31,418 bases of DNA, taken from the IMG/VR virus record IMGVR_UViG_3300042196_000044, positions 1 to 31,418 of that record, one strand, 5' to 3'. Below are positions 7,959 to 16,744 of the stretch, piece after piece (the stretch's first letter is position 1; each line of letters begins with the position of its first letter). The stretch is from a virus. Lineage: Duplodnaviria > Caudoviricetes. Position numbers and translations under genes: made by a program. Under the pieces are notes generated by a model that had not been told where the DNA came from, ran no database searches, and saw nothing but the letters and a program-made list of their open reading frames with translations.

Positions 7959-10900
7959 TTACGCCCTGCTGCTCTGTTCACGGCGGACCACGCGCACCAG
8001 GGCGCGGGCTACGTCGTCGTCGGCCAAGACGGGGAAGTTGCGGCCCCCGAGATGAAGGTCGATGCGGGTTGCTGGGCCAGAACTGCCCGAGGTTGGAGCC
8101 ACACCCGCCAGCGCAAGCCCGCCCTTGGCAAACGACTGGACGGGCGACAGAGACCGCATCGAGCGGTCGAAGCCGTCCACGATGCCCCCGACGTTGAAGC
8201 CCCGCAGCAGGTCGTCCAGCGGCACTCGCAGCGAATTGAGCGCCGCAAAGAATGCCGGCCCGAAGTGCTCGACGGCAGCGGCCCGGATGACGAACTCGCC
8301 GTGAGACAGGCGAGCCATGATGGAGTCGGACGTTCCGGTGCCAGCCCCGAACACCTGGCCGCCCTTACTGAAGCCGCCCCCGCCGCCGCCACCGCCCGAA
8401 CTGGCCGCCGCCTTCGCGCTGGCAATTGCCGCCCGGAGCCGTGCAAGCTCAGCCGTCATGCGGGCGATGGCAGCCGTGACAGCCGATGTCAGCCCGGCAA
8501 GGTCCGAACGGATACGAGCGAAGGCCGCGGAGAATGCATCGGCGATGGCTTCCGCCGCCGTGGTGAACAGGCCCGGCAGGGACTGTGCGGTCTGTGCGGC
8601 TTGCGTCTCGATACCGGTGAATGACTGGGGAACTTCGGTAGCTGCGAACGCAAACGCCTCAAGATCGCCCTTCGCCGCCTGGATTGATGCCCGTGTCGCC
8701 TCCACTGCGGCCCCGACGGGCTCCAGGGCGCCGCTGGCGGCCGTTCCGGCTTCCGTGAGGGCAGGAGCCACTTTCGCGGCTTCCTCCACCAGGTGCCCCG
8801 CGCTGGTCGCTGCGGCGTCCGTTGCCGAGCTGGTGTCCCTGCCGGCCTGTACAGCAGCGTCTCTCGCCGCCAGCCACGCCTTGTCAACGGTGACAACCTT
8901 GGCCTGAATGCCGCCAAGCGCATCTTCTGTCCTCTTGCCACTCCGTTCGGCTTCGTCGCCGCTCTTCTTTGATTCCTCTTTCAGCTTTTCCGCTGCATCA
9001 CGGGCCGCGTTGAACGGATCACTGACACTGCGGATGTGCGCTTCGGGGCCGGGGAACTTAGAGAGTTCCCTGCCGGCATCCCCAATGGCCTTGCCCGCCT
9101 CGCGGGCGCCCCGAGCGACTGTGCCGAAGGCATCCTTGCCGCTCTCGGCAAGTTCATCCAAGCGCTGCTCAAAATCGGCGATTCGCTGCGTCGCGTCGCG
9201 AACGGTCGTGATGTCTGGACCGCCGGTGACCTGTTCCTGCTCCTGGCCGAACTCGTTGATGATGTTGAAGCGCTCGATCTCGGCGCGCATGGCCTCGACG
9301 ACAGCGCGGGTCGCCCTGATCTGCTCGTCGGCGTATTTGCGCGCCGCCTCCGTCGCGCCTTCGACACCGGATTTCGACTGAGCGATCAGGCTGTCAAGGT
9401 GAGCAACGGCGTCGGCGTGCGTCCGTGCCGCGCGGCCAGCCTCGGAATGGCGTGTCGCAAGCAGTGCGATGCCACCGACCACCGCCGTCATAACTACCAA
9501 CAGCGCAGTGAACGGCGTTGCAACTGCGGCAGCTGTCAGCCCACCGACCAGGAACGCGGCGCGGATGGCTGCGAACATCTTCAAGAGCGCGCTGCCAGCC
9601 AGGAGAAGCTTGCCAATGCTCTGCAGCATTACGCCGAGTCCGAAGACGAACGGGCCGACAGCAGCGACGGCGGCAGCAATCGCCACGCCCCAGCGGATCG
9701 TTGTTTTTTCGCTCTCTGACAGCCCCTTGAGAAAGCCGGTGAGGGCTTCGGTCAGTTCAAGCACCACCGGCATCAACTCGCTGCCAATGGTTATCGCCAA
9801 CTCATTGAGCACGGCCTGAAACACGCGGAACCGCTGCGCTGGTGTTTGCGCCCGGCGTGCAAATTCCTGCAATGCCCGCCCGGCAAAGTTGGCCTCGTCG
9901 CCGACCGTCTCCAAATTGCCTTCCAGAACCGCAAGGCCGGTTACGAGCGGGGCAAGAGACTGCGCCGCGCGCTTGTCGAACAGCCCCTGTATCAGCGCCA
10001 GCCGCACCGCCGGCGCCTGCTGGCGCAGCCGCTCGAAAATGTCGATAATGACGCCGATGCCTTCCGTCTGCAGACGATTTGCAACGTCGACGGCATCAAG
10101 CCCAAGCTGACCCAACGCCTCCCTGAAGCCGTCAGTGGCCGCCTCACCAGCCGACAAGTTGAGGAGCATATTGCGGATCGCCGTGCCGGCTGACTCCGAA
10201 TCGACGCCCATGCCGATCAGCGATGCGCCAAGCGCGGCAATATCCAGTTCGCTCAAGTTCGCCTGTTTGCCCAGTGCGCCGATACGCTGGACCACCTGTA
10301 TGATTTCAGCATCCGTCGCGCTATTGGTGTCAGCCAATACGGCGATGGCGTCGACCATCGACCCGACTTCCGCCGTCGTAAGCCCGAGAGCCGCCTGGAT
10401 TTTAGCCAGAGATCGCCCGGTTTCTTCAAATGACAGGTTGAGGGCGATGGCGGCCGTAGCAACTAGCTCGGTAAAGTCAGCCAGCTCGGCGAACGGAATG
10501 CCCGCCTGCCCCGCAGCCGTTGCGATGTCCTGCAAGTCGCCGAGTGTTACGCCAAGGTCAATCGCCATGGCGCGCAGGGCACCGCCGAGCTGCGTCAACC
10601 CGCCCGGCGTCGGAATGTCGACAACCCGCGCAATGTCCGCCATCTTGGATTCGAAGTCGGTCGCAGCCTTGACCGCCAGCGTAAACCCGCCAACGATGGG
10701 TGCGGTGAGGGCAAGAGATAGCGTGCGCCCGGTGCGGCGAAGCTTCGCCCCGGTCTTTTCCAACTGCTTGCCGACCCGCTCCAGGTCCTTCTGCGCCTTC
10801 TGCAATGAAGCCGTGAAGCCGCCGAGTCCGGTCTTGTTCAGGGCATCGGCGGACTTCTTGAGTTCACGAAACGCGACCTCGCCGGCAAGACCGAGGGCTT

Positions 10901-10973
10901 TGAGTTCCTTGCGAATCTCGTCGCCGCCCTCAAGCGCGATGCGCTGGGCGATCGTGTTCGGTCGTCGGGCCAT
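7959..10973 (-). CDS. Phage tail tape measure protein (TP901-type core)
   Basis: 1004 aa, Ala-rich and helical; LTAPI..A.DFESKMADI core; central hydrophobic helices; C-terminal GG.V.G.GTGTSDSI.ARLS.GEFVI motif. Confidence 0.95.
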   Translation of the reverse strand: MARRPNTIAQRIALEGGDEIRKELKALGLAGEVAFRELKKSADALNKTGLGGFTASLQKAQKDLERVGKQLEKTGAKLRRTGRTLSLALTAPIVGGFTLAVKAATDFESKMADIARVVDIPTPGGLTQLGGALRAMAIDLGVTLGDLQDIATAAGQAGIPFAELADFTELVATAAIALNLSFEETGRSLAKIQAALGLTTAEVGSMVDAIAVLADTNSATDAEIIQVVQRIGALGKQANLSELDIAALGASLIGMGVDSESAGTAIRNMLLNLSAGEAATDGFREALGQLGLDAVDVANRLQTEGIGVIIDIFERLRQQAPAVRLALIQGLFDKRAAQSLAPLVTGLAVLEGNLETVGDEANFAGRALQEFARRAQTPAQRFRVFQAVLNELAITIGSELMPVVLELTEALTGFLKGLSESEKTTIRWGVAIAAAVAAVGPFVFGLGVMLQSIGKLLLAGSALLKMFAAIRAAFLVGGLTAAAVATPFTALLVVMTAVVGGIALLATRHSEAGRAARTHADAVAHLDSLIAQSKSGVEGATEAARKYADEQIRATRAVVEAMRAEIERFNIINEFGQEQEQVTGGPDITTVRDATQRIADFEQRLDELAESGKDAFGTVARGAREAGKAIGDAGRELSKFPGPEAHIRSVSDPFNAARDAAEKLKEESKKSGDEAERSGKRTEDALGGIQAKVVTVDKAWLAARDAAVQAGRDTSSATDAAATSAGHLVEEAAKVAPALTEAGTAASGALEPVGAAVEATRASIQAAKGDLEAFAFAATEVPQSFTGIETQAAQTAQSLPGLFTTAAEAIADAFSAAFARIRSDLAGLTSAVTAAIARMTAELARLRAAIASAKAAASSGGGGGGGGFSKGGQVFGAGTGTSDSIMARLSHGEFVIRAAAVEHFGPAFFAALNSLRVPLDDLLRGFNVGGIVDGFDRSMRSLSPVQSFAKGGLALAGVAPTSGSSGPATRIDLHLGGRNFPVLADDDVARALVRVVRREQSSRA

Positions 10974-11002
10974 TAGAAAATCCCGTCAAGCCGTGGTATG
11001 GT
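10974..11002 (+). promoter_or_regulatory. Putative sigma70 promoter of the inverted moron
   Basis: TAGAAA (10974-10979), 17 nt spacer, TATGGT (10997-11002) with extended -10 TG; GGGAGG SD before GTG 11027. Confidence 0.45.
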
Positions 11003-11026
11003 GGGGGAAAGCAAAGGGAGGGCGTC

Positions 11027-11245
11027 GTGAACTCGTCAGGCTCAATTGCGGCGGTGTCGCTCGCAGCCGCAATCGCTCTCACCGGCACCACTTGGTGGTT
11101 CGTGCCGGTGTTCCCGTGGTGGGTATATTTGATATTTGCGCTGTTCGCTTACGCCGGCATTTGCGGGGCAGCAACACAGCAGGCCGCCAACGAGACGATC
11201 ATCGACCGGGGCGACTGGCCCAACAAGGAACCGCCTAATCAGTGA
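11027..11245 (+). CDS. Small two-TM membrane protein (moron)
   Basis: Strong SD; two hydrophobic, Trp-rich helices; opposite strand to the late operon. Confidence 0.7.
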   Translation: MNSSGSIAAVSLAAAIALTGTTWWFVPVFPWWVYLIFALFAYAGICGAATQQAANETIIDRGDWPNKEPPNQ

Positions 11246-11256
11246 GGAATGACACC

Positions 11257-11691
11257 ATGACGCGAACAGGCCTAATTATTGCCGCAGTGCTCCTATCGAG
11301 CGCAGCCTTGGCACAGGAGCCTCACGTCACGCTCACCATTGGTCCGGTGCACCGCGACAATGTTCGCCAAGATCATTGGGTGGACACGCGACTTGTGAAC
11401 CACAGCGGCCGTTACCTGCTGAGCGTTCGACATAAATGCCAGTGGTTGAGCGCCAACGGACGCGTGGTTAAAGAGATTGAAATTGGCCATGGCGACCTTC
11501 TTCCAGGGGCAGCGCAGACCGGCAGACCCGGCATCCATAGTGTCGAACGAATAACCAATCTTCGCTGTCAGTTGGCTCGGCCAGGGAAGCAAAACCGCAG
11601 CAAGCCGCCAACGCCAAAGGTAATTGAACGGACAACCGGCGGACAACTTCAAGGCCCGAATGTCCGCTCGGTGGACAATCCAGCGTGGTAG
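11257..11691 (+). CDS. Secreted/periplasmic protein (moron), probable small beta-sandwich
   Basis: GAGGA SD before ATG 11257; signal peptide MTRTGLIIAAVLLSSAALA-QE; two Cys; N.SGR...GDLLPG pattern reminiscent of FxLYD-type domains. Confidence 0.7.
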   Translation: MTRTGLIIAAVLLSSAALAQEPHVTLTIGPVHRDNVRQDHWVDTRLVNHSGRYLLSVRHKCQWLSANGRVVKEIEIGHGDLLPGAAQTGRPGIHSVERITNLRCQLARPGKQNRSKPPTPKVIERTTGGQLQGPNVRSVDNPAW

Positions 11692-11694
11692 CAC

Positions 11695-12348
11695 TCAATC
11701 AGTTTTCAAATGGCTTGCATAAAGCGCCGGAAGCTGAGCCGCCGCGCCGGCCACGATTTGCGTGATATTGAACTTCTTGCCGATGGTCACGGCGTCGATC
11801 CCGACGAACAGCGGCACGGCCCGGATGGTGCCGCGCTTGCCGCTGGTGCCGCGCCGCAACAGTGACAGCGACACCTTGCGCTGCGCCGCCCGCTTGTCTG
11901 TCATGCGGACGTTCGTGGCGAGCAATGGCGGCTTGCCGGCCCGATTGATCGTAAACAGGTCCTTGTTGGTGAGCAGTTCCATGCGGTGAGGCGTCATGCG
12001 GTGACGGCCATACTTCTGCGGCGTGCCCTTCAACGGAAGCCAAAGTTTCGGGTTACCCTTGATCGTGCCGCCTTCCTCGAAGATGCCGGCGTATCCGATC
12101 TTGTGGTAAACCCACGCAGCAGCGTTGGCACTCGCCTTGCTACCCTCCGGGTACACGTCGACCCGAAACGTGTTCTGCCAGCGTGGGCCAAATCCGGCCG
12201 CTGCAATGCTTGCCCTGCCCCCAGCCTTGACAATATCGGCGGCCGTTTTGATCGCCGCCGTCGCGGCTTCCTCAATCGTCGAATAGTTGGAGACGATGGC
12301 TTCCTCGAACACACCATCCTTGGTCGTGTAGAGAATGCGAAGGGTCAT
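11695..12348 (-). CDS. Basic tail-associated protein (DUF6441 / HK97 gp10-like)
   Basis: ATGA overlap with the frameshift ORF stop; IFEEGGTI.G.P.LWLPL and VPLFVGI..VTI.KKF motifs. Confidence 0.7.
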   Translation of the reverse strand: MTLRILYTTKDGVFEEAIVSNYSTIEEAATAAIKTAADIVKAGGRASIAAAGFGPRWQNTFRVDVYPEGSKASANAAAWVYHKIGYAGIFEEGGTIKGNPKLWLPLKGTPQKYGRHRMTPHRMELLTNKDLFTINRAGKPPLLATNVRMTDKRAAQRKVSLSLLRRGTSGKRGTIRAVPLFVGIDAVTIGKKFNITQIVAGAAAQLPALYASHLKTD

Positions 12349-12635
12349 GTGTCCTTGCTCATTTCCTCGATGCGCTTCTTGACGGCCTTCCATTCGCCGC
12401 GTGCGCCCATCGCCATGATAGACAGCATCTCGCCTCGCTCCCGCTTGATGCGCTTCTGAGCGAAGTGGAGACGCCCCACGATCTCGCGCGGGGACATCTC
12501 CATCACTCGATCTTCGGAGTAGCCGGCGCCGATGAGAAAGTCCGCCGCTTCGACGATTTCGTACCCGAATCCGCGCTCGATGGATCGACGCCGCTGAGAC
12601 CGCTTAGGAAGCGGGTCAGCGCCCCGACGAAAGGG
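12345..12635 (-). CDS. -1 frame extension of the tail chaperone (gpGT analogue), absent from the ORF track
   Basis: -1 frame is open from CCCTTTC (12635-12629) to TGA at 12345: PFRRGADPLPKRSQRRRSIERGFGYEIVEAADFLIGAGYSEDRVMEMSPREIVGRLHFAQKR...MSKDT; stop overlaps the next ATG. Confidence 0.8.
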   Translation of the reverse strand, partial: PFRRGADPLPKRSQRRRSIERGFGYEIVEAADFLIGAGYSEDRVMEMSPREIVGRLHFAQKRIKRERGEMLSIMAMGARGEWKAVKKRIEEMSKDT

Positions 12636-12949
12636 ACCGGGCCTCGCGGCATCGTAAGGCGCATGACGACGCCCATGAGATCGAGTTTTTCATCAAGCGC
12701 CAGGTTGTCTGCGATTTCCTCAGTCAGCGCGTCCACGCCAGATGCAATGACCGCATTGGCGAGGTCATCGGAAAGTCCGATGAGAGCGGCAACGTCCAGT
12801 TTCCGCGTCTCCATCATTCGCCGTAGTTCGGGGAAGCGAAAGACAAGTTGCGCGGCCTCGCCAAGCTTCAGCGCGCGCACTTCGATCTTGTCCCCTCGCA
12901 GGTCGAAGGTTTCGACCGGCTTGGCTATGTCGATGAGACCGAGGCCCAT
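12503..12949 (-). CDS. Tail assembly chaperone (lambda gpG analogue)
   Basis: TAATG overlap with the tail tube stop; lies between tube and tape measure; contains slippery heptamer C CCT TTC. Confidence 0.8.
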   Translation of the reverse strand: MGLGLIDIAKPVETFDLRGDKIEVRALKLGEAAQLVFRFPELRRMMETRKLDVAALIGLSDDLANAVIASGVDALTEEIADNLALDEKLDLMGVVMRLTMPRGPVPFVGALTRFLSGLSGVDPSSADSGTKSSKRRTFSSAPATPKIE

Positions 12950-13488
12950 TAAGTGGCAACCTCCGTCTCGACCACGGTGCCGAACAGGCCAGACATCGCG
13001 CCGCTGTCGGCCTTGAGCACTTCGCCGGAAAGCTCGACCTGGTTCCACTCGTCGGAGATGAATCCATACTCGCCTTGCGGCTGGATGGACACCTTCGGCA
13101 AGGTCACGGTGAACTTGTTTCCGACGTCATTGGTGCCGACGATGCGGAACTGGCCGAGAATTTCCGAACGGTCGAACAGGTTGAACTCCTTGTCGCCGTC
13201 CGAGTTGGCCGTAACCGTATCGCCGTCGCCGCCGAACAGCAGGATCGACAAGTTCTCAGGGGTGATCTCTTCCATGGTGAGCGTCATCGTGCCGCCGATC
13301 TCGGTCGCCACTGACCGATCCTTGGTCCGGGTTCCGCTCATGGATGAGAAGTGATCGAGAAAAGTGATGTTCGGCGTGATGCCGCCGGCAGCACAGTTGC
13401 CGACATGGCGCTCGGTTAATCCAGTCGGCGTGAAATACACGTCTGCCTTGCCGATCTGGAGGTTAAGGACGTTTGGACTCGTGGCCAT
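12949..13488 (-). CDS. Major tail tube protein
   Basis: AAGGAG SD; IGKADVYF..RHVGN..LDHFSS..G.R.KD..GTNDVG..FISDEW..L.GEVL pattern; lies between terminator and chaperone. Confidence 0.85.
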   Translation of the reverse strand: MATSPNVLNLQIGKADVYFTPTGLTERHVGNCAAGGITPNITFLDHFSSMSGTRTKDRSVATEIGGTMTLTMEEITPENLSILLFGGDGDTVTANSDGDKEFNLFDRSEILGQFRIVGTNDVGNKFTVTLPKVSIQPQGEYGFISDEWNQVELSGEVLKADSGAMSGLFGTVVETEVAT

Positions 13489-13642
13489 GATATGGGCTCC
13501 TTCGGAATGCCGGACGGGCCGGCAATGCTGGGATGCGACGCCATCGCGGCGCTGCGGTTGGCCTTGCCCAGGGGCCGATTAGGGCAGCGAAACGCGCCGC
13601 CGTGCGACGGCAGCCATTCGCATTCAGTGATGAGTTGAGGGG
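13489..13642 (-). promoter_or_regulatory. Structured intergenic leader upstream of the tail tube gene
   Basis: Four successive hairpins on the transcript: GCTGCCGT-CGC-ACGGCGGC, GGCC-CCTGGGCAA-GGCC, GCGCC-GCGAT-GGCGT, GCCGG-CCCGT-CCGGC. Confidence 0.45.
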
Positions 13643-14089
13643 TTAGAGGTCGGCCGCTCTCAGCCGGTACGCGAAAGAAAACACGGCATCGGTCTGGGCA
13701 ATGTAGTAACTGCCGTCCGTCAGAATGGTGACGTTGCAGCCCTCGTATCCCATCTCGCCGTCGACAGTGTATCCGGCCAGCGTACCGTCCTGCAGAATGG
13801 CCTTGATGATCTTGCCCAGCAGTGCCCGGCACGATGCGCCGATGGTTTCCGGTGGCCCGGCGATGGCGAGCACGATGGCCGGCGTCATCACGACGATGTG
13901 CGGTGCGCCTGGCCGCGCCCTTCCGGCGCCTCGGTCCTGAACCTCCTCGTCACCGTCGAACACGATGGCCGATGGCAAGTCGCTGGCCGAGTCAAGATTG
14001 AACAGGTTGCGCCCTGCCTTCTTGATGCCGACAATGCCGTCAAGGATGATCTCGACGCGGCCGAGGATTTGTTCGCGCGGATCGGCCAT
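13643..14089 (-). CDS. Tail completion/terminator protein
   Basis: MADPREQIL.R..LPSAIVFDGDEE..F.Y pattern; directly upstream of the tube gene. Confidence 0.7.
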   Translation of the reverse strand: MADPREQILGRVEIILDGIVGIKKAGRNLFNLDSASDLPSAIVFDGDEEVQDRGAGRARPGAPHIVVMTPAIVLAIAGPPETIGASCRALLGKIIKAILQDGTLAGYTVDGEMGYEGCNVTILTDGSYYIAQTDAVFSFAYRLRAADL

Positions 14090-14090
14090 G

Positions 14091-14432
14091 TCACGCCTTC
14101 ATCAGAATGAGCAGCAGTTCGCCGTTGGACTCGCCGGTCGGCGCCGGTCGCGGGCGACTTGATTCGATATGCCAGGTCACGCCGTTGATGGTGATCTCGC
14201 CGCCGTGCAGATCGGCACGCTCAAGGCTTGCCGCCGTCAGTTCCGACATGCGTACAATGGCGCCGGGGCGGATATCCTGATAGTCGTTACCGCCATCGTC
14301 CACCACCACGCCAGCCGTCTTGTCGAGCGCGGTGACGGGCACTGCCCCGCCGCCACCCGCAGGGAATAGCTCTGCCGCGACTCCGATCTCGTCATAGATC
14401 GCGCTGTAGTGATCGGCCCAGTCCATGGTCAT
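14091..14432 (-). CDS. Head-tail joining (head closure, gpFII-like) protein
   Basis: ATGA-coupled start MTMDW; GV.A.L..V..LDKT.G..P.A.VR..EL..I..NG..W.I..P.P.GE..GE..LIL; position before the terminator. Confidence 0.7.
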   Translation of the reverse strand: MTMDWADHYSAIYDEIGVAAELFPAGGGGAVPVTALDKTAGVVVDDGGNDYQDIRPGAIVRMSELTAASLERADLHGGEITINGVTWHIESSRPRPAPTGESNGELLLILMKA

Positions 14433-14725
14433 GCCGCCGTCGGGTTGGCCGGGTTGGCTGTCAGCCGGAAATACCCTTCCGTGGCCACGCAATCTGCCCG
14501 GATGGTCCAGTACACGACTCCATCATCAGCCGGGGCGGTCTCAATCTCCGCCACCCATTCGCCGTCGCTGTTCTCCGTCATTGCGGTTTCACCCGTGGTA
14601 GTGACGCCAGCCACTTGATAGGAATAGTGCAGTACCGGGCTTTCCGGCGTAGTGGCGGCTCCATCCTTGTCGAGGAAGGTAGCGACAACTTCGATGCACT
14701 GGCCTCTGACATGCGAAGTGCTCAT
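14429..14725 (-). CDS. Small beta-rich virion-associated protein (BppU-N/Ig-like)
   Basis: ATF.DKDG..T.P..G.W.A.I..G.VYW pattern; directly follows the repeat protein. Confidence 0.6.
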   Translation of the reverse strand: MSTSHVRGQCIEVVATFLDKDGAATTPESPVLHYSYQVAGVTTTGETAMTENSDGEWVAEIETAPADDGVVYWTIRADCVATEGYFRLTANPANPTAA

Positions 14726-16744
14726 CTACTGCGCTCCAGTTGGCCATGTGACGACGTTGACGGTCGGCGCTCGCAATGACACCGCAACGGTCGGCGCTCG
14801 CAATGACATGCTGATCGATATGGCAGGAAGAGGTTGTGGCGATGCGTTCAGTAGCGCCACGTCGGCCCCGCTTATGGCGTATGACCCGGACTCGGCAACA
14901 AGCGTTATCTCGCCCGCAACCGTCAGCGTCGCGTCAGTGCCCGTGATGGCGTAACTGCCGGCGCCCGCTGCAAGTGAGCGGCCATGTTCCAGCGATGCTG
15001 CGGTCCCACTGATAGCGTATGAGCCGGCATCCGCCACCACGAGTCGACCATGTTCAAGCGCAGCCGCCGTGCCCGTAATCGCGTAGCTTCCGGCGCTGCC
15101 CGCAACCAGCCTCCCCCACTCAAGTGATCCGTCAACACCTGTGATGGTGTACGAACCTGGGGTTGCCGCAACCACCCACCCATGCCCCAGCGCAGCGGTC
15201 GCGCCAGATATGCTATACGAACCTGCATCGGCGGAAAGGACGTACCCGAACTCAAGAGCGGCGTCCGTGCCCGAGACGGCATAACTGCCGGCCTCTGCCG
15301 TCAGTGTCTTGTCCGCATTGATCGTAAGCGTAGCGTCGGTGCCGGATATCGCATAAGACCCGGCCTCAGCCAATACGGCCCGGCCGTATTCGAGAGCCGC
15401 GTCGTTGCCAGAGATGCTGTAGGCACCGGAATCCGCCGAGACGACGCGGCTGTGCTCCAGCGCAGCAGCGGTCCCGCTGATGACATAGGAACCGGCATCC
15501 GCCGTGACGACCCAGCCGTGGAACAGCGACGCATCCGTGCCGCTTATACTGTAGCTTCCCGCGTCGGCAACAAGCGTCTTGTCTGCTGCGATGGTGAGCG
15601 TGGCATCGGTGCCGCTTATCGCATACGAACCAGCATCGGCGGCGAGGGCGCGTCCCAATTCAAGGGATGCGTCAGCTCCCGTGATCGTATAACTGCCGGC
15701 GCCCGCTGCAAGTGAGCGGCCATGTTCCAGTGAGGCGCTAGTCCCGGAGACCGCATAGGAACCAGCCTCTGCCGACACGGCCCGGCCGTGCTCAAGGTCC
15801 GCTGCGGTCCCGGAGATGCTGTACGACCCGGCTTCCGCCGTCAGCATCCGCCCAAGCTCAAGCGACGCCGCCGTGCCCGAAATCGTATAGGCACCAGCCT
15901 CCGCTATGATCGCCCGGTCATAGACAAATGCGGCAGCGGTGCCCGAGATGCTGTACGAGCCCGCCCCGCCGGCAATCATCAAGGCCTTTGACAGGACCGC
16001 AGCCGTGCCCGTTACGGCATAGGAACCGGCTTCGGCTTCCACCATGCGGATCGCTTCGAGCGAAGCATCCGTGCCGGAGACACTGTACGACCCGGCCTCT
16101 GCGGCGACAATCGTCCCCTTCGACAGCGTGGCCGCCGTGCCGGTGATGGCGTAGCTGCCCGCAGCCGCATCGATGCTCCGGCTCATCTCCAGCGAGGCGG
16201 CGGTCCCCGAGACCGCGTATGAGCCTGCATCGGCCACTAGCACCGGGTCTGAAGCGACCTCGAACGGGGTGTCGATCAGTTCGCTCGGGGTGAAGCCGAA
16301 CTCCTGGGCGTTCATCGAGCTATTGTCGAAGCGCAAAGTAATCGTCAACTTGTCGCCTGCGGCAGGCGTCGTTCCAGGTAGCGTGTCCTCTATGGATTTT
16401 ACGCCGATAGTAGCCAGCGAAATACCGAGGCCGGTAACATCGTTGATTAAATTCTCTTGCGCTTCGCAGGCGGAATTTACGCGGTTGACCAGAATGCCAT
16501 CCAGCGTTAAAAACATATTCGCGGTGGTGACATTCAATCGTACTATGAGGGTCCCGGCATTCCACGTCGTGCCGTCTGCTACGATGCAGGTGAATTTGAC
16601 AGCTAAGTCATTGGACGCATCCCCCGGAATACTTACACTTTGCTCTGACGAGCCGGGCGTTTCATCGACTGCGGCTCGCCTTATTGGGTCCGAGCCAGTA
16701 CAAGCATCCGTCGTGCTATCGGTCTGCTGGAAGTTGATCGCCAT
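14726..16744 (-). CDS. Ser/Thr/Ala/Gly-rich repeat protein, probable virion fibre/appendage
   Basis: ~165 aa non-repetitive N-terminal domain, then 21 copies of a 22-24 aa unit A(D/E)AGSY(A/S)ISGT(A/D)A.L..GR.L.; no signal peptide. Confidence 0.85.
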   Translation of the reverse strand: MAINFQQTDSTTDACTGSDPIRRAAVDETPGSSEQSVSIPGDASNDLAVKFTCIVADGTTWNAGTLIVRLNVTTANMFLTLDGILVNRVNSACEAQENLINDVTGLGISLATIGVKSIEDTLPGTTPAAGDKLTITLRFDNSSMNAQEFGFTPSELIDTPFEVASDPVLVADAGSYAVSGTAASLEMSRSIDAAAGSYAITGTAATLSKGTIVAAEAGSYSVSGTDASLEAIRMVEAEAGSYAVTGTAAVLSKALMIAGGAGSYSISGTAAAFVYDRAIIAEAGAYTISGTAASLELGRMLTAEAGSYSISGTAADLEHGRAVSAEAGSYAVSGTSASLEHGRSLAAGAGSYTITGADASLELGRALAADAGSYAISGTDATLTIAADKTLVADAGSYSISGTDASLFHGWVVTADAGSYVISGTAAALEHSRVVSADSGAYSISGNDAALEYGRAVLAEAGSYAISGTDATLTINADKTLTAEAGSYAVSGTDAALEFGYVLSADAGSYSISGATAALGHGWVVAATPGSYTITGVDGSLEWGRLVAGSAGSYAITGTAAALEHGRLVVADAGSYAISGTAASLEHGRSLAAGAGSYAITGTDATLTVAGEITLVAESGSYAISGADVALLNASPQPLPAISISMSLRAPTVAVSLRAPTVNVVTWPTGAQ
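14850..16240 (-). repeat. Intragenic degenerate tandem repeat, 66-72 bp period
   Basis: 21 G(S/A)Y units counted; identical 41 bp at 14952-14992 and 15690-15730. Confidence 0.9.

Noticed and set aside
14952-15730. DGR template/variable repeat pair
   Set aside because: The two 41 bp copies are identical without adenine-specific differences, and no reverse transcriptase is present.
14850-16240. CRISPR array or non-coding repeat
   Set aside because: Repeats are degenerate at third codon positions, in frame within one ORF, and have no unique spacers or cas genes.
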